Source of the DNA: Trichodesmium erythraeum IMS101
Lineage (GTDB): Bacteria > Cyanobacteriota > Cyanobacteriia > Cyanobacteriales > Microcoleaceae
DNA: 32,000 nt
Assembly: GCF_000014265.1 (NCBI RefSeq)
Contig: NC_008312.1
Coordinates: 2,880,001-2,912,000 of the forward strand
Direction: 5' to 3'
Under the pieces are notes generated by a model, which saw only the letters and a program-made list of their open reading frames with translations, made no database searches and had not been told where the DNA came from. Positions 1 to 8,236 of the stretch are shown here, one piece after another; position 1 is the first letter of the stretch; every line of letters starts with the position of its first letter. A program made the position numbers and the translations under genes.

Positions 1-205
1 TAGTTCTACTCGTATTGGTTTCAGTGTTGATAGTGATTTTGAAATCGTTAATACTAATAATAGTATAGATGACTCTAATGCTTTTATTGTTTACAATGAA
101 GAGTCTGGAAATCTATTCTACAAATCAGATGGTGAGTATACTAAGTTTGCTATTCTTAATGGTGCGCCCACTATTACTGAAGATAATTTCCAAATTATCA
201 ATTAG
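1..205 (+). CDS. 3' end (last ~67 codons) of a CDS that starts left of the window. The C-terminal tail resembles that of cyanobacterial secreted Ca-binding/RTX-type repeat proteins.
   Basis: The frame starting at nt 2 is open to TAG at 203-205 and reads SSTRIGFSVDSDFEIVNTNNSIDDSNAFIVYNEESGNLFYKSDGEYTKFAILNGAPTITEDNFQIIN*. The pattern (I/V)VYN..(S/T)GNLFY..DG....FA.L.G.P.(I/L)...(D/N)F.I is the tail I recall from hemolysin-type Ca-binding proteins. It is missing from the ORF track because it has no start codon in the window. Confidence 0.45.
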   Translation, partial: SSTRIGFSVDSDFEIVNTNNSIDDSNAFIVYNEESGNLFYKSDGEYTKFAILNGAPTITEDNFQIIN

Positions 206-419
206 GAAGAAGATTTTAACTGAACAGTACAAAGTTCTTAGGAGAAAAAAATATTCCCTGCTAAAAGTTAGGGAATGGTGCATACTAGTTAATGATTCTA
301 AATTGTTACTAGCTAATTTCTGGGGATGCACATAACATATAGTCTAGAGTAAATCTTGACCAACTTATATCCAGTATTTAGTTTTCATGACACTTTTGAA
401 TCGTTTGTTATGCTAATTT

Positions 420-656
420 GGGGCATTCTTTTCTGTAGCCAACATCGGGTAGTTAGCAACTATCTCAATGCTGTGGGACTAACAAAAATTACTACACCCA
501 AGCTTTACAGTAGCTGTATGGCTTGATAGCTAACAAATAATTATGCTTTCAAATGAGAGCACTCTTTCGGCAGCAGAAATTTTAACTGCTTACAGTTGGG
601 ATCTTAAGATTGAAGTCACTTTCGGGAACTTAATTCAACTATTTTTTTGTACTTAG
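420..656 (+). pseudogene. Decayed C-terminal fragment of an IS4/IS701-like DDE transposase
   Basis: Nt 555-653 translate to ESTLSAAEILTAYSWDLKIEVTFGNLIQLFFCT*. This matches the conserved transposase C-terminal motif ..EEI...Y..RW.IE..F..LK. The sequence upstream is interrupted by stops and frameshifts. Confidence 0.35.
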
Positions 657-703
657 AGCCTAGACTATTTACTGCTCAGTGCCTCGTAAATTCTATTATT
701 AGC

Positions 704-949
704 TTACTTGAAACTGAATCCCTGGGAATTGAAATTAGTATTACAGGTCTTTTTTACTGCCTGGGAATTAATGATTATGAGAGTTGTCCCGGAGCGTTTT
801 TTTACCTGTTGACGTGCTTGATAGTGTAATAAATCTCTAATATGTTCAATTATCTCTGATTCTCGCCACTGTTTATAATGCCAAAATACTGTGGTATGGA
901 GTAAGGAGGTAATCTTTATTATGTTTGACCAATTACAACCATTCTTCAG
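704..949 (-). pseudogene. Decayed N-terminal/central fragment of an IS5-family DDE transposase
   Basis: The minus-strand frame reads ...ITSLLHTTVFWHYKQWRESEIIEHIRDLLHYQARQQVKKRSGTTLIIINSQAVKKTCNTNFNSQGFSFK*. This resembles the IS5-family pattern TVYyyFRkWr.dG.we.i...L....R...gr...Ps..iiDSQSVK. It is bounded by stops at 950-952 and 704-706, with no start codon and no DDE core. Confidence 0.45.
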
Positions 950-1378
950 TTAAGAGAGTACACCGTCTAATATTTGTGTTTTACTCCCTATGTATGGGGC
1001 AAGTTTTCTTTTTTTTTTGCAACAATGGTTCAATCATAACCTATTCTTTTTCTATTAAACTACTTGAATATACCATTTACCCACCTCTTGGTTAAGTAAT
1101 TAGCGTTGGCGGAGGATGGTGGTGGTAGCTAATATCGCTATTTAGTATAACCTTGGAACGAAAAGATACCTGTAGGGGTTCTATAAGATTCTACACTGAT
1201 AAAATGTTGCAAATAAGGGTTTTCTCTAAACTGTTTTTCCTTTACTTTGCGACTTGTACCTAATTCTTTTTGATTATTAATGCTTCCAGTGCCGTTATAG
1301 AACTATAGAAAGTGATTCCAAATCAGTTTATTCCAGCAGTTTTCACAAAAATAGACTACAGTTACAAAAATGAGCAAA

Positions 1379-1640
1379 CTAGTTGCGCAATATTTTAGGA
1401 GTGATAGGAGCGATCAAAGTAGCGATCGCCTGTTCCAAATCTTTACGAGTTTTTGCTTGATTGTTTTTTAAATGGGCTTTAAGGCTTGACCAACATTGCT
1501 CAAATAGAATAGGGTTTCATAATCGCTTATTTGAGTTTTTCTATTTTCTATAATTGTCTTTTATCTTTATGAAAACTCCTATCAATGGTGTTTGTTTCAT
1601 TACTAAATTTGTACAGCAAAAACTTTACTGTTTTAAATGC
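1379..1640 (-). pseudogene. Decayed C-terminal fragment of an IS630/Tc1-mariner family transposase
   Basis: The minus strand reads ILFEQCWSSLKAHLKNNQAKTRKDLEQAIATLIAPITPKILRN* (stop at 1379-1381). Upstream, in another frame with internal stops, it reads TIDRSFHKDKRQL*KIEKLK*AIMKPYSI. Together these match the IS630 pattern DNasfHks...ie..g..l.fLPPYSPdLNPIE..Ws.lK, broken by a frameshift and a deletion. Confidence 0.5.
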
Positions 1641-2903
1641 TCTGTTATGGGGATGTACTATAAGGCTATAGATGACATAGAGGAAAGTCCTCTAATTTAG
1701 ACTAATGAGCAAATTGGGGCAGAAACAGATTTAAGGGGTCAGTTAAGGTTCAATGAAAGTGGCGATCGCATTAATGTGATGAAGTATCGTAAATGTTCAT
1801 AAATAGCCTTATTTTTAGTAGGATCGTGCTTAGGAGGAGATGGCAAATTAGCAAATTAATTGATATTTTTAGAATATTTTTCCAGCTTAATTATCAATAA
1901 TACGGTGTAATAATCTCTTGAATAAAAGATGATTAAGAGTGAAAATAAACTTTAGTATAAGTATCTTCTTTCTGATGATAAATATTATTTTAAAAAGTAG
2001 TACAAGGCAAGCGATCGCTACTAGGAATAATTTACTGATTCTCTTGATCTGTCAGTCCAGCTACATTTTTTAGTTTTATAGGAAGGTACTCTTACCTTGA
2101 CGTACTAACTTCGCAACATCAGCATTAATTGTGTCGCAATTAAGTCTTTGCCAGAGAGTTTTCCAGGCCTTACGTTATTGAGTAATTCTGTCTAATATTT
2201 TCTGAGAGTCAATTGGATCGGGAAGTATTCATCTATCTTCACCAGAGTCGCTATATTTTAACTCTTTGTTTTACAGTTTTTTTCAAACATTTATTTACGA
2301 CTAAATCTTATCTAATAATTCATCACATTTTGGCTATAATATGTTTTATGATTTACGGAAAATATATTGATATTTTAAATTAAAATAAAGGCTAAAAGAT
2401 ATATTTTTTATAATAATTTATCTAAAACTACTTATCCTTAAAAAAAAATATTTTTGATATTTTTATATAAAAAATAAATTGTAATTGATGATAAATAAAT
2501 AGAAATTTATTTTTTACTTTTAATATTTTGAGTGTTTTATCTGTAAAAAATATAGACATTATATGCTAGTATTTAGTGTTATTATCCATTTAATATCCGG
2601 TTTAAGCTCAAATCAAATCTGAGGTTAATTTTATAGGGTTTTAGAGTAAATTTTAGTTATTTTTAATTCATAAATTCTCGACTAATAAATGAAAATAATA
2701 ATTGATATATAAGAGATAAATACTTACATTATAGTGAAAGTTTAAAGATTATAAATATCTAAATTGATCCCCAAATATTGTCAAACTTTGTTGATTTTTT
2801 TTGGGAAGATATATACCTGTTTTTTAGATAAACAATTGCAAAATATTTCTAATAATTAAATTAGTAATAAATGGTCAAAAAAGTATTAGACTAAAACCTT
2901 GAA

Positions 2904-2950
2904 AAAAAAGTATAAAAAAATACTTTTTTGCAATAATGAATAGCTATTAT
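2904..2950 (+). promoter_or_regulatory. Candidate NtcA-type promoter: a GTA-N8-TAC palindrome plus a -10 box upstream of the ferredoxin gene
   Basis: GTA (2910-2912), N8 (taaaaaaa), TAC (2921-2923), embedded in a 9-bp-arm palindrome aaaaaagta/tactttttt (2904-2929). TATTAT lies at 2945-2950, 21 nt after TAC, and the start codon is at 3011. This fits the canonical GTAN8TAC-N(20-24)-TAN3T arrangement. The surrounding DNA is about 85% A+T, so a chance match is plausible. Confidence 0.3.
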
Positions 2951-3010
2951 ATAAAAAGATGCAACAAAACAAAACTAAACAATTAGCCTACTAATCAAGG
3001 AGAAGAACTG

Positions 3011-3310
3011 ATGGCAATATTAACAGCTTTAACTAAGGGTGGTACAGCTTGGACTCCTCAATATGTTGAATCTATTGACATGAATAAATGTCTAGGTTGT
3101 GGTCGTTGCTTTAAAGTTTGTAATAGAAATGTTCTAGAGCTTAGACCCATTAATGAGCATGGAGAGTTTATAGATGATGATGATGATGATGATGATGAAG
3201 TATTAAGAAAAGTAATGGCTATTGCTAATGCAGATGACTGCATTGGATGTGAAGCTTGCGCTAGTATTTGCGGTAAAAAATGCTTCACTCATACTTCTGT
3301 AGCCGCATAA
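3011..3310 (+). CDS. 2[4Fe-4S] ferredoxin of the nif-associated ferredoxin III (FdxB-like) type
   Basis: 99 aa with a Shine-Dalgarno aaggaga at 2997-3003. Two cluster motifs, [11 protein letters not shown] and [13 protein letters not shown], are separated by an acidic insert. The N-terminal [14 protein letters not shown] and the RKVM..AN..DCIGC segments match my recollection of ferredoxin III, nif-specific proteins. Confidence 0.85.
   Translation: MAILTALTKGGTAWTPQYVESIDMNKCLGCGRCFKVCNRNVLELRPINEHGEFIDDDDDDDDEVLRKVMAIANADDCIGCEACASICGKKCFTHTSVAA
3173..3196 (+). repeat. Perfect (GAT)8 trinucleotide microsatellite encoding Asp8 inside the ferredoxin
   Basis: Eight consecutive in-frame GAT codons at 3173-3196, followed by GAA. 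Confidence 0.95.
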
Positions 3311-3640
3311 ATTAGCAAAAATGTTAACTCAGAAGTATTGATATAAAGTTTGTAGAGCTTACTCAAAAAGTTAAACACTCAAACAACTGACATAAAGGGC
3401 CAATCAAATTAGTTAAATTATATAGTCAGAAATTGACAACAAACTTAACTAAAAAGCACGGCACCGTTGTGATAAAAAGTTGAAATATGAGTGGTATGCT
3501 AGCTAACTATAAACTGATACGGTTTAGTGAAGATTTGTTTGGGCAATTATCTAATCTGAAAAGCTCGTGATGATAGTTCAATACCATAATAGTTTTGGTC
3601 TGATCTGAACCGTATTCAACGGCTAAGTTGTATTAAATTC

Positions 3641-3875
3641 AGGACTTACACACACAGACCTAAAAACCCAGTTTTTTGGTAGATATCTATTGAATTAAAC
3701 AACAATTTAGGCGTTAGTAATTAGTAAAATGATTTTCTACTATGGGTGATACCCATCACTTACCGTAATAAGATATTTAGAGATATCATAGACAGGTTAC
3801 TCTTAAAGTTTCATCTCTTAATTTACTAACGCCACAATTTATCCTAGAAACTGGTCGCGTGTGTGGTTAAGTCCT
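3641..3875. mobile_element. MITE-like 235-bp imperfect palindromic element
   Basis: Terminal inverted repeats aggacttacacacacagacc (3641-3660) and ggtcgcgtgtgtggttaagtcct (3853-3875). An internal inverted pair ggcgttagtaa/ttactaacgcc and a central mini-palindrome atgggtgatacccat are also present. There is no ORF. Confidence 0.5.
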
Positions 3876-3902
3876 ATAAGTGGTTAAAAGAAGGTAGCTG
3901 TT

Positions 3903-4400
3903 ATGCCTGCAAAAGATTTTCTCAGTTCAATTCAAAAGAAAAGATTGCAGAAAGCTTTGCGAGAGAGCGGTTGCTGTCATTTCCGAGAAAGAGTATTGAT
4001 GTTACTCCTATTAAATGACGGAAAAACTTATTCCGAGATTTCTGAATTTATCGGTTGTTCTTATAGAACAGTTGCTTATTGGTGTGTACATGGAGACCCA
4101 GATAAATTAGATAGTTTACGAGATCAGCGAGAACATGGTAATTTTCGTAAAGCGACAGAAGAATATATTCAGTTATTAATAGAAGTTACAAAAAAATCTC
4201 CTAACCAATTAGGTTATGAATGTAGTAACTGGAGTGGAGAACGTTTAGCAAATTATCTTGCTCAACAAACAGGAATTAAACTTAGTGGTACTCAAGTCAG
4301 AAGAATTCTCAAACAAAAAAATATTAGCCTTCCCAAAAGTAGAGTACAACTTTATGAGCGAAAAAATAATAGAAAAAATGTTAGTCGTCCATCTAAATAA
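3903..4400 (+). CDS. IS630-family transposase, N-terminal DNA-binding (HTH) part only. The DDE catalytic domain is absent, so this is probably a truncated relic.
   Basis: 165 aa. The segments RERVLMLLLLNDGKTYSEISEFIGCSYRTVAYW and GYECSNWSGERLANYLAQQTGIKLSGTQVRRILKQK are the paired HTH / winged-helix motifs typical of IS630 transposase N-termini. No DDE-encoding sequence follows the stop at 4398-4400. Confidence 0.6.
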   Translation: MPAKDFLSSIQKKRLQKALRESGCCHFRERVLMLLLLNDGKTYSEISEFIGCSYRTVAYWCVHGDPDKLDSLRDQREHGNFRKATEEYIQLLIEVTKKSPNQLGYECSNWSGERLANYLAQQTGIKLSGTQVRRILKQKNISLPKSRVQLYERKNNRKNVSRPSK

Positions 4401-4845
4401 TTAAGATATATAGTGTAAATATTGATAAATATATCTTTAAATTTATGATTTAAGCATTGTTTCTTTGCTTTTTTTATTTTTAATTAGTACATAAATTAAG
4501 CTTCAAATCACTAATTATTGCAAATTAAATGTATAAATATAATTATTTAATAAATAATTTAATAATTACTCTATACTAACAATATAAAGAAAATATTAAT
4601 TTGCTCGTTACGAACATTTGAGCTAAAAAATTTATGAAATATTAATATTTATTATTAAAAGTTTAAATTAAGGCTTAAGTGAAAATAATTAAATCACTCT
4701 AGTAAAGTTTAACATTGTAACTGCTTAGATCGTTAGTTATTCAGCAATCAAGGCATCACTATTTAATATTTAATAGGTAGTAAAAGATGACAAGCAGTAT
4801 GACTAACACCTAAATGCTCAAGCGTAAAAACAGGGGCTTGATATT

Positions 4846-6438
4846 ATGACTCATAAAATGACTGAAAACTGTCTCGGATGTGCCACCTGTCTACCCAAAA
4901 TCCAGTGCCCAACAGGTGCGATCTTTGTCGAGAATGAACAATATTCTATTAATCCTGAACTGTGTAATGGTTGTGAAGGATATTATGAAGAGCCTCAGTG
5001 TGTGGTTCACTGTTCTATTAGTAGTCCTGTTCCTCTCCAACCTAAAAAAGGTAGGTATAAAGTTGAGACAAGAACGCCTACAAGTTCTGACTTATTTCCT
5101 GATAACAAGCACAGTCCCTTTGCTTCTTCTATAGTAATGTGGGAAGCTTGCAATATTCTGGCGCAAAGACAATCACTACTTTGGACAATAGATGAAAAAG
5201 GTAAGTTTATTTATCAGCGTTCTATTAAGCAAGGTCAGGGTTCAATTAGTTTGAGCCTCCAACATTTGGAGCACTCATGCCAAACTGATAATGCAACTGT
5301 TCTACAAGAAATGGATATTAGAGCAGCCTGTATACACCTAATTTATGCGGCTCATGCCACAATTATTGACAAGCCATGGGAGCAAGAATTTGTTATCAGC
5401 GATCAGCAAATAGAAAGATACCTGGGGCTAGAAAAACGTAAAGACCTATCTAAAGCAACTAAACTGAGTTTGATTAAAAATCTTGCTCAACAGCCTTGCC
5501 GAATTACCACTACTATTGACTGGCCTCAACAAGGTAGAATAAATGCTTTTTCATTGCCAGAAAGCAAACTCTGGCATATGATTGATATTCAACATCACTT
5601 TTCTGAAGATTCCACAGGATGCAAACATCTTGTCGGTCTGACTTTTAAAGTTAGAGCGGGTATCTGGGCTAAGTATTTTCTCAACAAGGAAGCTTGCAAA
5701 GACCGTACAGCATTTTATCAATATGGGATTTTACCTAAGTCTGTATTGACTACTGTGATGAGCATTTGGCAGCAACATGAGGGAACTGCTCGAATGCTAC
5801 TATGGTTACTATTCAAAACTAAGATGGGTCGGGAGCAAAGGTTAACTGTACCTACATTAATGCGAGTTGCTTATGGCGAACAAAAGGTGAGACGAGCATC
5901 TTCTTTTAGAGATGATCGAAAACGACTCATGAAGACTTTTGAGAGTGATCTCGAAGTTCTTAGCCATTATGGGATTAAACCTGAATTTGACCCTGTAACT
6001 TACCCTCAGGAAATTCAACCAATGTGGGCAAAATTAGCATCTTTACCTGATGATGGTGATGCAGCTTTAGATTTTTGGATTGATGATGGTAGTAACCATC
6101 GTAGATTAACAGATTATGGTCCAAGGGGTAAGTGGAATATGTTAATGAACGCTCGTATCCTTTGGTTTCAACTTCCCCAAGAATGGGATCGACATTTAGC
6201 AGAATTTGAAAAACATAAGCTACGCTATACTATTAAGCGCAAAAGAACAAAGAAGCTTTCTGTTATCTGTGGCGAACAAATTATGATGGCCAGGAAAAAT
6301 CAACAGTTAAGCCAGAGACAGTTGGCAACTATGCTGGGAAAAAGCCAAAGCTGGATTAGAGATATTGAAAGTGGCCGCTTTCAACTTAAAGGTGAAGATC
6401 AAATGCTATTACAAAACCTTTTGGGTTTGGGAGGATAA
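4846..6438 (+). CDS. patB: PatB/CnfR-type transcriptional regulator with an N-terminal bis-[4Fe-4S] ferredoxin-like domain and a C-terminal XRE-type HTH
   Basis: 530 aa. The N-terminus has CLGCATCLPKIQCPTGAI and CNGCEGYYEEPQCVVHC. The C-terminus GEQIMMARKNQQLSQRQLATMLGKSQSWIRDIESG is an XRE HTH. This architecture and size match what I recall for the cyanobacterial nitrogen-fixation regulator PatB/CnfR. The call rests on architecture, not on an alignment. Confidence 0.65.
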   Translation: MTHKMTENCLGCATCLPKIQCPTGAIFVENEQYSINPELCNGCEGYYEEPQCVVHCSISSPVPLQPKKGRYKVETRTPTSSDLFPDNKHSPFASSIVMWEACNILAQRQSLLWTIDEKGKFIYQRSIKQGQGSISLSLQHLEHSCQTDNATVLQEMDIRAACIHLIYAAHATIIDKPWEQEFVISDQQIERYLGLEKRKDLSKATKLSLIKNLAQQPCRITTTIDWPQQGRINAFSLPESKLWHMIDIQHHFSEDSTGCKHLVGLTFKVRAGIWAKYFLNKEACKDRTAFYQYGILPKSVLTTVMSIWQQHEGTARMLLWLLFKTKMGREQRLTVPTLMRVAYGEQKVRRASSFRDDRKRLMKTFESDLEVLSHYGIKPEFDPVTYPQEIQPMWAKLASLPDDGDAALDFWIDDGSNHRRLTDYGPRGKWNMLMNARILWFQLPQEWDRHLAEFEKHKLRYTIKRKRTKKLSVICGEQIMMARKNQQLSQRQLATMLGKSQSWIRDIESGRFQLKGEDQMLLQNLLGLGG

Positions 6439-6475
6439 CTATTAATTGAACACTATTGCTGATTTAAATAGGCGG

Positions 6476-6551
6476 CTAGTAACTGCTGTCTATAATCTGG
6501 TCTTATGATAGACAGCAGTTACTAGCCCTTGCCTGGTGCGTTTGTTTTTTT
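6476..6551 (+). terminator. Perfect 18-bp-stem hairpin downstream of patB, with a nearby T-rich tract; a possible terminator or REP-like element
   Basis: The arms are ctagtaactgctgtctat (6476-6493) and atagacagcagttactag (6508-6525), with a 14-nt loop. The T-run tttgtttttttgt lies about 18 nt further on, not directly adjacent to the stem. Confidence 0.45.
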
Positions 6552-6607
6552 GTCTCGGACTACCCAAAGAATAATAATTAATTAATAGTACAATAATACA
6601 TCTATTC

Positions 6608-6640
6608 AAAAAAAACAAAAAGGTCACCCGATGCTCGGGT
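6608..6640 (-). terminator. Rho-independent-terminator-like hairpin oriented on the minus strand
   Basis: Stem acccga (6626-6631) and tcgggt (6635-6640) with loop tgc. On the minus strand it is followed by gacctttttgtttttttt. No convincing minus-strand gene lies upstream. Confidence 0.3.
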
Positions 6641-6803
6641 CTGGCTTTACACCTAATTTTTCGGTAATTTATCTAGCTAGGTTATTAAATAGGCAATTGA
6701 GGAAAACCAGGAGTTAAAACTTAGTATTTAATTGTGTATAGTTAAGTAGACTTGATACAATGTTTAAAATATCAATCACTTAATCCCTTGGCTAAAGCAA
6801 AGC

Positions 6804-7118
6804 ATGGATAAACCATCAACATCAACAGGCTTAATTACAGGACTAGTAGCGACTCTATTTTTTAGTATTAGTTTTAGCTTACTAGAGTATACAATAAAAT
6901 CAAGTATTATACTTGGTTTTATTGGGGGAATTTCTGCTGGATTATTAGGGTTTTGGTCCCAAATAGAATCAAGACCAGAAACCCCAGAAAAAGCAGATGC
7001 TAAGTCTGTAGATTCTATCAAATTATCAAAATCAACCTCAGTAATTAAACCACGGCTTCAAACACCTAAAGAGCGTAGTGGTGTTTCTGTATTGAGTTGG
7101 TTGTTTAAGCAAAAGTAA
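6804..7118 (+). CDS. Small hypothetical membrane protein (two predicted TM helices and a basic hydrophilic tail)
   Basis: 104 aa. The hydrophobic stretches are GLITGLVATLFFSISFSLL and SSIILGFIGGISAGLLGFW, followed by a K/S/P/E-rich tail. I recognise no homolog. The last ~25 nt fall inside a duplicated segment. Confidence 0.4.
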   Translation: MDKPSTSTGLITGLVATLFFSISFSLLEYTIKSSIILGFIGGISAGLLGFWSQIESRPETPEKADAKSVDSIKLSKSTSVIKPRLQTPKERSGVSVLSWLFKQK

Positions 7119-7275
7119 ATGAGTTTGGTCAAAATCTTATATTAACTATTGGTAAACCCTAAGTATTTATGCCAAATTAATTATATATAATTGCTGGTAT
7201 TGAACAACTTACAAGTGTCAAAATTACATCGTGCTATGGGAATTTTGCCCTGGGATAAAGTTATATACAGCATAT
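7091..7275. repeat. Direct repeat, copy 1 (~180 bp)
   Basis: The sequence attgagttgg...agtaaatgagtttggtcaaaatcttatattaactattggtaaaccctaagtatttatgccaaattaattatatataattgctggtattgaacaacttacaagtgtcaaaattacatcgtgctatgggaattttgccctgggataaa recurs 356-358 nt downstream with about 90% identity. Confidence 0.85.
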
Positions 7276-7446
7276 TTTGGTCATATAAGGTATGGGGTAA
7301 ATAGTGAAAATCAGGTGGTGCGGGCATCTTGCCCGCATATGTATGCTTTATAATAAGGGAAAGTTCTGTAGTTTTTGAGGGGGAATTTACTACAATTATG
7401 AGGTTTTTTTTGGGTGAATTTAAAAGTTAGGGGGTAAGCGATCGCT

Positions 7447-7632
7447 ATTGAGTTGACTATCAAAAATCAACAGTAAATGAGTTTGGTCAAAATCTTATAT
7501 TAACTATTGGCAAACCCTAAGTATTTATGCCAAATTAATTACATATAATTGCTAGTATTGAACAATTTACAAGTGTCAAAATTACATCGTGTTATAAGAA
7601 TTTTGCCCTGGGATAAAATTACATATTTTTTG
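7447..7632. repeat. Direct repeat, copy 2 (~180 bp)
   Basis: See copy 1. The spacer at 7276-7446 holds the hairpin gcgggcatcttgcccgc (~7321-7337) and a HIP1 site (7438-7445). Confidence 0.85.
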
Positions 7633-8236
7633 AAGTAGCAAGAAAAGCGACACAACAAATTTCTAAAGGAATAGGGTGAACAATGGATTATGGTAAGTTA
7701 TGAAGTCTGCTAATTTTCCATCTTTTTGGAATGAGTATTATGGTCTTCCTTTATAAACTAGAAGTGATTATTGAGGATATTCTCACAAGAGGTATTTATC
7801 ATAAGCTCATTAATTAATGGCAGTCCTTGACGCGATCACACTCCATACTTAATAATTTTTTTTCATTTTAATAAGCACCTAAGCAGAGCGAGCCGGATAT
7901 TTCAAATATACACGAAAATTTCTTGAAAAGCAACCACCCTGTGTTTCTTATATATCAAAACTTTTAACAAATGGCCAATGCAAACGCGATCGCACCCTTT
8001 TTACCCCCAATTTTCACCCTAAATAGCTCATTTCAACTTTTTTGGCAAAAATTAGTTTAAATTTTAAATATATTTAATGATATTTCATAAGCCTAACTAA
8101 TATAAAGATTTTTATTTGATTCACTAAACCCTAAAAACCTTGCAGCAATTAGTTTTCAGTCAAACTAATAGTTAAATGCTGACCGTTAATATATAAAATA
8201 AAGCTATCTCAAATATTTAATCTAAAATCTAAAAAA

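Noticed and set aside
69-335. ORFs 69-335(+) and 125-331(-) at the left edge
   Set aside because: The frame starting at nt 2 gives a much more protein-like C-terminal tail ending at 205. The listed ORFs are out of frame or antisense to it, and their translations are hydrophobic and of low plausibility.
647-829. ORF 647-829(+), 60 aa
   Set aside because: It lies antisense to the IS5-like transposase relic, whose translation carries recognisable family motifs.
2300-3000. A 700-bp stretch of ~85% A+T; could it be a replication origin, a CRISPR leader or a prophage att site?
   Set aside because: I saw no DnaA-box cluster, no repeat-spacer structure and no integrase or tRNA nearby. A curved, AT-rich promoter region, with remnants of decayed DNA upstream of the ferredoxin gene, explains it adequately.
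6776-7021. ORF 6776-7021(-), 81 aa, overlapping the plus-strand 104-aa ORF
   Set aside because: The plus-strand product has two clean TM helices and a charged tail. The minus-strand product has no recognisable features. I kept the plus-strand call, at low confidence.
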